Assembly (NCBI RefSeq): GCF_002113885.1
Contig: NW_018408800.1
Coordinates: 398,174 to 452,526, forward strand
DNA from: Mizuhopecten yessoensis
Lineage: Eukaryota
Reading direction: 5' to 3'
DNA length: 54,353 bases
A program made the position numbers and the translations under genes. The notes below the pieces were generated by a model. It had not been told where the DNA came from. It made no database searches and saw only the letters and a program-made list of their open reading frames with translations. Below are positions 45,750-54,353 of this stretch, one piece after another. How positions within the stretch are numbered: position 1 is the stretch's first letter; each line of letters opens with the position of its first letter.

Positions 45750-46870
45750 GTCAACTGTATTGTACAAAAGACGATCCTATTGTACTGTACACACGTCGGT
45801 GTAACTGTATTGTACATAAGACGGTGTAATTGTACTGTACACACGCCGGTGTAATTTAACAGCCGGTATAACTTTACTGTACAGCAGCCGATCTAATTTT
45901 ACTGTACACACGCCGGTGTAATTTTACTGTACAAAAGACGGTGTAATCGTATTATACGCACGCCAGTGTAATTGTACTGTACACAAGACGGTGTAAGTAT
46001 ACTGTACACGCGCCGGTGTAATTGTACTGCACATAAGACGGTGTAATTGTATTATACACAAGCCAGTGTAATTTTACAGTCGATGTAATTGTACTGTACA
46101 CAAGTCGGTGTAATGCTGCTGTATATAAGATTGTGTAATTGTACTGTACATAAATCAGTGTAATTTTACTGTACATGAGTCAGTGTTATTGGACTGTACA
46201 TAAGTCGGTTTAATAGTATTGTACATAAGTCGGTGAAATTGTACTGTTCATAAGTCAGTGTAATTGTACTGTACAAATTACGGTGTTATTGTACAGTACA
46301 GAAATCGGCTAAATTGTACTGTTCAGAAGTCGGTTTTATTGGACAGTACACAAGTCAGTGTAATCTGACTGTACATAAGTCGGTGTAATTGTACTGAACA
46401 TAAGTCGGTGTAATTGTATTGTACAGAAGTCGTCGTAATTGTACTGTACACAAGTCTGTGTAATTGTACTGTACATAAGTCGGTGTAATTTTTACTGGTC
46501 ACATGTCGGTGTAATTGTAGTCTAGTGCTCTGGTGTTAACAAGAAAATTGAACTCCAGTGCACAAGCTTGTGGCTTGAATTCACATGCTTTTGTACAGAG
46601 TTCTTACGCTTGTGCACTTGGGTAAATTACAGTGCACACTGTCCAAGTTCACTACAAAGTGTACTAAAAACCAAGTTAGGTTTGCTCCCAATTGTAAGTC
46701 GGCGTAATTCTACTGTACACATATCGGTGTAATTTTCTATACATAAGTCGGTGTAACTTTTACTGTACAGATGTTGATGTAATGTTATTGTATGTAAACC
46801 GGTGTAATTTACTGAACAGAAGTCGTTGTAATTTCACTCTACATCGGAGTAATTAAACTGTACAAAAATC
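45750..46870. repeat. 25-bp satellite TACTGTACACAAGTCGGTGTAATTG, interrupted at ~46520-46695
   Basis: Tandem diverged copies. Confidence 0.92.
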
Positions 46871-46992
46871 AATGTATTTATTTGTCGACGTAAATACACT
46901 GTACATATAGCCAATTTAACTCTACTGTCAAAGTAAATAAACTGTTTATTCTTAAGTAATTTACTGTTAAGAAGGCAGTGTACCTATACTGT

Positions 46993-47079
46993 TAGTCTCG
47001 TTCAACCAGACGCTTGATCACTTGTTATTCTGTTCGGCATAGCTTGCGCAAGCAACAAGAGTCTGGTTGAACGAGACTA
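46993..47079. mobile_element. 87-bp MITE with 19-bp perfect TIRs and ~9-bp TSD
   Basis: TAGTCTCGTTCAACCAGAC...GTCTGGTTGAACGAGACTA; flanks ctatactgt and ttatactgt. Confidence 0.85.
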
Positions 47080-47178
47080 TTATACTGTATATCAGTCGAG
47101 TGTAATTCTATAGTGCCATAAATCGACTCTACGTAAGTTCTAGTCTCTAGCCTCGTTCAACGTAATTCCGGTCTATCA

Positions 47179-47292
47179 CGACTACCAACAATGCCATGTT
47201 CTTGATCACAAACACCACGACTACCCACAATGCCATGTTCTTTGTCACAAACACCACGACTACCCATAATGCAACGTTCATTTCCACAAACA
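47179..47292. repeat. 39-bp tandem repeat, 3 units
   Basis: cgactacc..aatgc at 47179, 47218 and 47257. Confidence 0.75.
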
Positions 47293-47400
47293 AACAACAG
47301 CAAAACATGTTAATGTATGTCGAAGTAAATTATTAGAAGACCAATAAAAATTCAAGATGAAATAACAGTAATTGTACAAAATGAATACATGAACAATTTT

Positions 47401-48355
47401 TTATACGAGTTTATACATGAAAAACCAATTCTGATAGGACGTTTCGAGGTAAGAACTCTTGTTGCAATTTATACCTTGTGCCATCTGTTCTTTGAAGTGG
47501 ACTTTCTGTATCACACCAGTGACATGTCCCACACAAAGTATACGTGCACTACCACTGATCTCGAAATGAAGACTTCCGACAATCGCGGCTGGGTCTTCGG
47601 TCACGAACGACCACTTTCCGGCAAAAACCCCACGTGTTTCATCACATGTGCTTATTTTCAAAAAACGATTCTCATTATCAACAAATACACACCTATCGTT
47701 ATATTTGAATTTACCATTTTTTGTAAATGTAAATGAATTAATGGGTAGAATTCTGTACTTAAAGCAATCGAATGTGATGCCTATGTAAAAATCATCCAAA
47801 ACAGTAAGACATCCCGTTGTCCTTACGTTTGTTATCTCCCCGTAGAAGGCGGCGTCGATAGGGGGCACTTTCTGTTCCGGCAGTACGTTCTGAAGATACC
47901 AACGGAAAGTCTTACAATTTAAAGACTTGATAAAATTCTTTTGTTTTCTAAGAGACGTCTGGTCCAGTACGGGAAAATTGGCATTTCGTGCCCTACGTAT
48001 TCTGTAGAAAACATCTTTATATTCGTCCATCCATATTTCCGCTACCCTCATCAGATTCTTTTGAATTATGGTATAGCGATCACCATCAAAACTGTAACTT
48101 TGGCCCTCCTTAAACAGATGTCCGACTTTGGAACATGGAACAGTTAACACTCTCCCCGCACACATCCAGTTCTTAAAGGACAGGTCGAAGTGTTCCCCTC
48201 CCCAGATATCAAGTCCCTCGTCGAAGCCCCCGATCCTGAAGAAGTGGTCCCTTCGTACGGCGATGGCGTTCCCCACTAGGACAGGAGTTATAAATGGCGT
48301 AGTTTTGGATGCTATGGCCAGTTCCAAGTACTCTGGTATCACAAACCACGAGTAT
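47401..48355 (-). CDS. GALNT: GALNT copy 3 exon 3
   Basis: ttacag| acceptor; WGGEHFD, VGHLFK; stop TAA. Confidence 0.92.
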
Positions 48356-51300
48356 CTGTAAGTTAGTAAAATTACAATATCATCTTTGGAACATGTTCGA
48401 TACAAGGTAAGAACTACGGTGAGAAAACTATACACAATGTATCAATTATGTATCAATTAAGGAAAAGGGTACTACTGCACCAGATATAATCGCAATGGAG
48501 ATTTCCACTTTTTTTAACTTGTGCGTGAATGATTTTTCTGCTTTGGAGTAACTTATATTGTCAAGTTATTTATCATTCAATGCTCATGTTTTCCCTCATA
48601 GGTTTTGCGGCCAATTGTTTGGACAATCGTTATGATGCTGACTGGATGCCAACACTGGTAAAGTGAAAGGTTTTGAGTTCATACCCGGCAGTTTGTCTGT
48701 CTTTTGGGGTTATTTTTTGTCTTTCTTTTTCTCCCTCTTTTTTTCTTTTCTCCCTATTTTCTGATCATTCAAATTTCGAACAGCTATATTTATTTCTGTA
48801 AAATGCATAGCAAAATATGATTTTGTTGCAATACTTCTATTGAAAAGGACTTCAAATATTACACAATAGTGAGTCAGTGCCAATTGCGATTTTCAATTTT
48901 TAGTTCACCTGGTCCGAAGGACCATAGTGAGCTGATGCCGTGGCGCAGCGTCCGTCGTCGTCGTCCATCGTCAACTTTTTCTTAAAAACCTATCTCCTCC
49001 TAAACGCCAAAGAGGATTTCAACCAAACTTAGTCTGAAGCATAACTAGGGGAGGGCAAACATTTCTTAAATAAATGAGGTTGGTTTGACCCATGCGGCCA
49101 GGGGGGCGGGGCCCTTAAGGAGAACTTAGCTTAATTTGCTTTAAAACGCATCCCCTCCGAAACGCCAGAGAGGATTTCAACCAAATTCAGTCTGAAGCAT
49201 CACTAAGTGAAGGGCAATCATTTCTTAAATAAATGAGGTTGGTTCGATCCCTGAGGCCAGGGGGCCGGGCCCTGAAGGGGAACTTAGCTAAATTTGCCAG
49301 AGAAGATTTCAACCAAATTTGCTCTGACACTTCATTGGGGGAGAGCAATCATTTCCTAAATAAATGAGACTGGTTCGACCCCTGGGGCTCAAAAGAGGAA
49401 AATTATCTAATATTTTGCTTTAGAACGCTAATATCCCCTAATTGACTGAGTTGATTGTACAAAATATGGTCAAAAACATTATTGAGAAAGAACAAACTTT
49501 TCTTAATTGAATGAGGTTGATTTGACCCCTGCGGTCCTAAGAAATGGTACAGCTAGATTATCATTTGCTATGGTGTAGTTTTCATAAATTGTTTCTAGGT
49601 TTATAAAAGCTTATAGTTGAATGAAAATTGAAGTATTGTCTAATTACACCCTGTAATATAACATATCATTTATTTCAAAATCTGTTAACATGGCAACTCA
49701 ATGGAGGCCTCTGATTAGTTGAAAGTCAGATAGTGTGGTACAAGTTGGGTTAGAACATAGATGGTGTCTGGTTTTGGGGAAATTTCATATAAAGATGTAC
49801 TAATGCATTCAGTTGTAATGACTTAAATATAAAACCAGGTGAGCGATACAGGTCCAATGGACCTCTTGTTTTTGGTACCCTTCACCTTAATGTGTATGAT
49901 GCTCACCTCATATCCCAGCCGAAGCCACCCCGGTACCTTCGTCCGTCGTCGTAAGCGTAATACTCCATTGATTTAGCGGCTATAATATCTACTACTGGTT
50001 GTAGAATCGCGGTGGGTTCGACCTTGAGCACATGCAGGAGTGGCTCCAGCCAGCGCGTGTTACACTCCATGTGAGCGTCAAAGAACACCAACACGTCACC
50101 GGTGGCATTGCGGGCCCCATTCATCCTCGACCTGACCAGTCCGGCCCTCTGGCGGTTCCGGATCACCCTGGCTTTTGGCACCAGGGACAAATACATGTCT
50201 AACTCGTCCTTTAGGTACGTCATAGTGCTGAAGTCGTCTACGAGGATCACTCCCTTCAGGTTTTCTTCTGGGGACCTGTCTATGACGCTGTGGACGGTCC
50301 GGAGCAAAGTGGACAGCGCCTCGTTGTGGAAGATGATCACAACAGACACAGCGTATGTGGTGTCGATGGGGTATGTGATATTGTGACATTCCGAAAGTCT
50401 GGTGTCCGGAACTGAACGTCGGACAGATATGGAGTTCCCTGCAGATACGTTGTAGTTGTGGTTTACGGTATCGCTCACGTTCTGGTGACGGGCGAGGATG
50501 GATTGGAGAGTCCTTTCCAGTTTTGACGTGTATTTTTCGTCCTCCATGACACTTAGTCTGAAACATAAACGGAAATTTTAATGCAGTCTGATTCACATAA
50601 TATATCATAAATTACTCATTATATTCGTATACATGATCGATATCAAAAGTACAGCGGCTCCCAATACAGTATCAAAAGTTCATTAGCTTATTCTCTATTA
50701 GGCAAAACAAAAAATTGTGTTTCAGGTATCCCGACCTACCCTGGATTTTACTGCTGCCCCCTTTTTTTACTTTGAGAATTCTCTCACATTATACATACAA
50801 TGTAAAGCAACAAAAGGAAGTTTATTTTTTTGGCTAAGAGTGACTTCCCTTGTAAACGCATTCCTCTCTCAATGGTGCGACCCATAAGACACTGGTGAGC
50901 TCTCATTTTAATGATGTGCATTTATAATTCTTAGCTAAACATATTCGTTAGGAGAAAGATTGGCAATGTAAAGGTCCCGACTCCGAAGAATACCCACCAC
51001 CCCCGTTTTTAGCTCACCTGGCCCGAAGTGCCAAGTGAGCTTCTGGCATGGTGCGGGTCCGTCGTTCGTCAGTCCCGAATAACCAATAGGTCCAGGGTGA
51101 CGATATTTGGCCAGACGAATGTTGGGATAAAGGGTTATCAAGTTTGTTCAAATAAATAAATGAGCTTTGCCCATATTAAAGGTCACAGGGGTCAATTGTC
51201 TTACAAACCTTTAAACAACTTCTTCTGTAAAACTGAAAGGTCCAGGACGACGATATTTGGCCAGAGGGATTTGGGATGAAGGGTTATCAAGTTTATCAAA

Positions 51301-53263
51301 TGAATGACCTTTGCCCATATGCAAGGTCACAAGGGTCAATTGTCTTAAAAACCTTTAAACGACTTCTTTTGAATAACCAAAAGCTCCAGGGTGAGGATAT
51401 TTGGCCAGTAGCATGCGGGGATGAAGAGTTTGTTCAAACGAATGACCTTCGCCCATATTCAAGGTCACATGGTTCAATTGTCTTAAACCTTAAAACGACT
51501 TCTTCTGAGTTACCAAAAGCTGCGGGGTGATGATATTTAGCCGGTTGCATGCCTGGATGAAGGGCAACCAAGTTTGTTCAAGTGAATGGCCTTTGCCCAT
51601 ATTCAAGGTCACATGGGTCGATTGTCTTAAAAACCTTTAAACGACTTCTTCTGTATAACCAAGAGGTCCAGGGTGATGATATTTGGCCAGAAGGATGTTG
51701 ACATGAAGGGCTACCAAGATTGTTCAAATGAAAGACATCTGCCCATATTCAAGGTCACATGGGTCAAATATGTTGAAATCTTTAAACTACTTCTTCTGAA
51801 TAACTAAAGCATACAGGCTGATTGCTTGTTGATGTGAATGACCTTGACATTCTTTCTTGGTAACATCTGGTCCATAGTGCATGAACCTTTAAAAGTCATC
51901 TTCTTAAAAAAAGGTATAAGGTGGTGATATTTGGCAAGTTGCATTCTAGGAAGAAGGGCTATGAAGTTTGTTCATGTTTGACTTTTTAAGGTCACAGGGG
52001 TTAAATATGTTAAAAACTTTCAAACAACTTCTGCTGAATAACCAAAAGGACCAGGGTGATGATATTAGGTCAGTAGTATGGTGGGATGAAGGGCTACCAT
52101 GTTTGTTCAAATGAGTAAACTTCACTCATATTCAAGGTCATAGGGATCAATTGTCTAAAAACTTCTAAATAACCAAAAGGACCAGGATGATATTCGGTCA
52201 GTAGCATGCTGGGATAAGGGGCTACCAGGTTTGATGATATTGGCCAGACACATGTTGGCAGAAAGGGCTCCAAATCGATGACCTTGACCTTTAATCAAGG
52301 TCACAGGGGTCAAATATGTTAGAATATTTAAATAACTTTGTCCGATAATAATGAGGCCCAAAATGTTGATACTTGACCAGAAGCATGCTTGGATGTAGGC
52401 CTACCAAGTTTGTTCAAATGAATGACCTTCACCCTTATTCAAAGACATTTAAAATCTTTAAACAACTTCTTTTGAATAACCAAAAGTTGCATGATGATGA
52501 TATCTGGCAAGTTACTTGCTAGGATGAAGGACTACCAAGTTTGTTAAAATGAATTACCTTGACTTATATTCAAGGTTAGAGGGGTCAAATTTGTCAACAT
52601 TTTTTATACCACTCCTGAGAAACCATAAGGCCCAGAATGTTGATATTTGGCCAGAAGCATGCTTGGGTGAAGGGCTATCAAGCTTTTTCATTTGAATGAC
52701 CTTGACCTACTTTCAAGGTTACATTGCCTATTAGGACCTAAGCATTAATTAATTTACAACTGTAGCAAGATCATATTAAAAGTTTTCGGGACTTAGATCA
52801 GCTTTCGGTAAAATGCTACATTGCATATACATCGGTTTAGGTAAAACATAGTTAAACTGTCACAAATTATCAGGTCCCTGTGGTTTGCCCGTTTATTATT
52901 TGAAGAGTTTGTATTGCTACTTTCTTGATGTTATCATGTTCTTTCCTAAATGCCTTTTCATGAACCCATATTTGGTCAATCCAATATCTTTTCGTCTGAC
53001 CTTAGCTGTACCCTGGAAATACTAATCCCCTCACCCCTTTATAGCTATTACGGAAGTGTAGAGACAAGTATCAACAACAATTGTATGACTTACTTGTACG
53101 CCACTCCACGTTGTTGCTGCGCGAGCTCAAGCCGTTCCGTCTCCAGCTGCCGGAAGGATTGGGGTAAGGACATAAGAATGATCCAGGTTTGTCCTAGAAT
53201 AAACAGCAGCAGGGCGGGCAGGAGTCTCCGGAACCCACACTTCGCTCGCCCTGATTTCGCCAT
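47401..53263 (-). CDS. GALNT: Polypeptide GalNAc-transferase-like copy 3 (diverged paralog), 591 aa: join complement(53094..53263, 49907..50557, 47401..48355)
   Basis: Same intron positions and phases (170+651+955 nt). Exon 1 encodes MAKSGRAKCGFRRLLPALLLFILGQTWIILMSL and is missing from the ORF track. Confidence 0.92.
48461..49886. mobile_element. TTAA-flanked Kolobok-like non-autonomous DNA element with nested HINE
   Basis: TTAA-GGAAAAGGGTAC...GTACCCTTCACC-TTAA imperfect TIRs. Confidence 0.6.
48897..49872 (+). mobile_element. Complete HINE in GALNT copy 3 intron 2
   Basis: ttttagttcacctgg, (gtc)n, internal repeats (ggatttcaaccaaa), ccaggtgagcga and hairpin aggtcc-aat-ggacct followed by cttgtt. 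Confidence 0.85.
49907..50557 (-). CDS. GALNT: GALNT copy 3 exon 2
   Basis: tttcag| acceptor; DAH; AG|GTGAGC donor. Confidence 0.92.
51006..52740 (+). mobile_element. HINE with ~146-bp core repeats (same family as 38049-39315, opposite orientation)
   Basis: tttttagctcacctgg start; repeated caaggtcacaggggtcaa / gatgaagggctaccaagtttgttcaaatgaatgacc. Confidence 0.85.
52780..52882. mobile_element. Partial CACAGGGA-family MITE
   Basis: tagatc..ctttcggtaaaa and terminal caaattatcaggtccctgtg. Confidence 0.55.
53094..53263 (-). CDS. GALNT: GALNT copy 3 exon 1 (transmembrane anchor)
   Basis: Homologous to exon 1 of copies 1 and 2; AA|GTAAGT donor, phase 2. Confidence 0.85.
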
Positions 53264-53882
53264 TATGTGTCACGTGTCATAGTGAAAATACACACGCACG
53301 TGCATGGGACACAGGCGATCGAGAACCTGACTATGTGGTCGTTGTCCCATTCACCTAGCCTGATGCTGTTTTACTAGTCATTTCTAGACATGTATTTCAT
53401 GGACAGGTATACCATTTAAGGGGNNNNNNNNNNNNNNNNNNNNNNNNNNNNNNNNNNNNNNNNNNNNNNNNNNNNNNNNNNNNNNNNNNNNNNNNNNNNN
53501 NNNNNNNNNNNNNNNNNNNNNNNNNNNNNNNNNNNNNNNNNNNNNNNNNNNNNNNNNNNNNNNNNNNNNNNNNNNNNNNNNNNNNNNNNNNNNNNNNNNN
53601 NNNNNNNNNNNNNNNNNNNNNNNNNNNNNNNNNNNNNNNNNNNNNNNNNNNNNNNNNNNNNNNNNNNNNNNNNNNNNNNNNNNNNNNNNNNNNNNNNNNN
53701 NNNNNNNNNNNNNNNNNNNNNNNNNNNNNNNNNNNNNNNNNNNNNNNNNNNNNNNNNNNNNNNNNNNNNNNNNNNNNNNNNNNNNNNNNNNNNNNNNNNN
53801 NNNNNNNNNNNNNNNNNNNNNNNNNNNNNNNNNNNNNNNNNNNNNNNNNNNNNNNNNNNNNNNNNNNNNNNNNNNNNNNNNN

Positions 53883-54353
53883 TACTGTACACAAGTCGGT
53901 GTAATTGTACTGAACAGAAGTCAGCGCAATTTTACTGTACACAAGTCGGTGTTATTTTACTGTACATCAGTCAGTGTAATTGTACTGTACATTAGTCGGT
54001 GTAATTGTACAGTTCACAAGTCGGTGTTATTGTACTGTCCATCAGTCGGTGTAATTTAACTGTACACAAGTCGGTGTAATTGTACTGAACAGAAGTCAGC
54101 GCAATTTTACTGTACACAAGTCGGTGTTATTTTACTGTACATCAGTCGGTGTAATTTAACTGTACATCAGTCAGTGTAGTTGTACTGTACATTAGTCGGT
54201 GTTATTTTACTGTACCTCAGTCAGTGTAATTGTACTGTACACAAGTCGATGTTATTTTACTGTACATCAGTCAGTGTAATTGTACTGTACATTAGTCGGT
54301 GTAATTTTACTGTACACAAGTCGGTGTAATTGTACTGAACAGAAGTCAGCGCA
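53883..54353. repeat. 25-bp satellite (same family as 45750-46870), runs off the window
   Basis: Period 25; follows the N gap 53424-53882. Confidence 0.95.

Noticed and set aside
48356-48435. N-terminal extension MYSFLTVV... of the 344-aa ORF
   Set aside because: Intronic. The homologous splice acceptor is at 48355/48356.

Overview
AT-rich eukaryotic genomic DNA, most likely a bivalve mollusc (inferred from Helentron-type HINEs, a V-type SINE, a Penelope-type hammerhead relic and a coiled-coil/NHL gene). The left part holds a spliced epsin gene on + (CDS 5165-15115: ENTH, UIM, DPW and NPF motifs). An intronless 931-aa coiled-coil/acidic-linker/NHL gene on - (25226-28021) follows, then a 2.2-kb compound satellite. 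The right part holds three tandem, 3-exon polypeptide GalNAc-transferase (GALNT)-like genes on -, with non-canonical donor-binding motifs. Best observations: (1) the young GALNT duplication has a chimeric MITE exactly at its junction, the signature of unequal crossover; (2) a 286-bp gene-conversion-like tract covers the catalytic DxH region; (3) a tRNA-derived Pol III A/B-box unit is tandemly amplified downstream of two GALNT copies; (4) a decayed minimal hammerhead ribozyme is present; (5) epsin has a candidate 27-nt microexon. I found no CRISPR array, prokaryotic system or autonomous transposase. Single Ns mark assembly joins that explain some apparent duplications. All exon boundaries were read by eye and lack transcript support.
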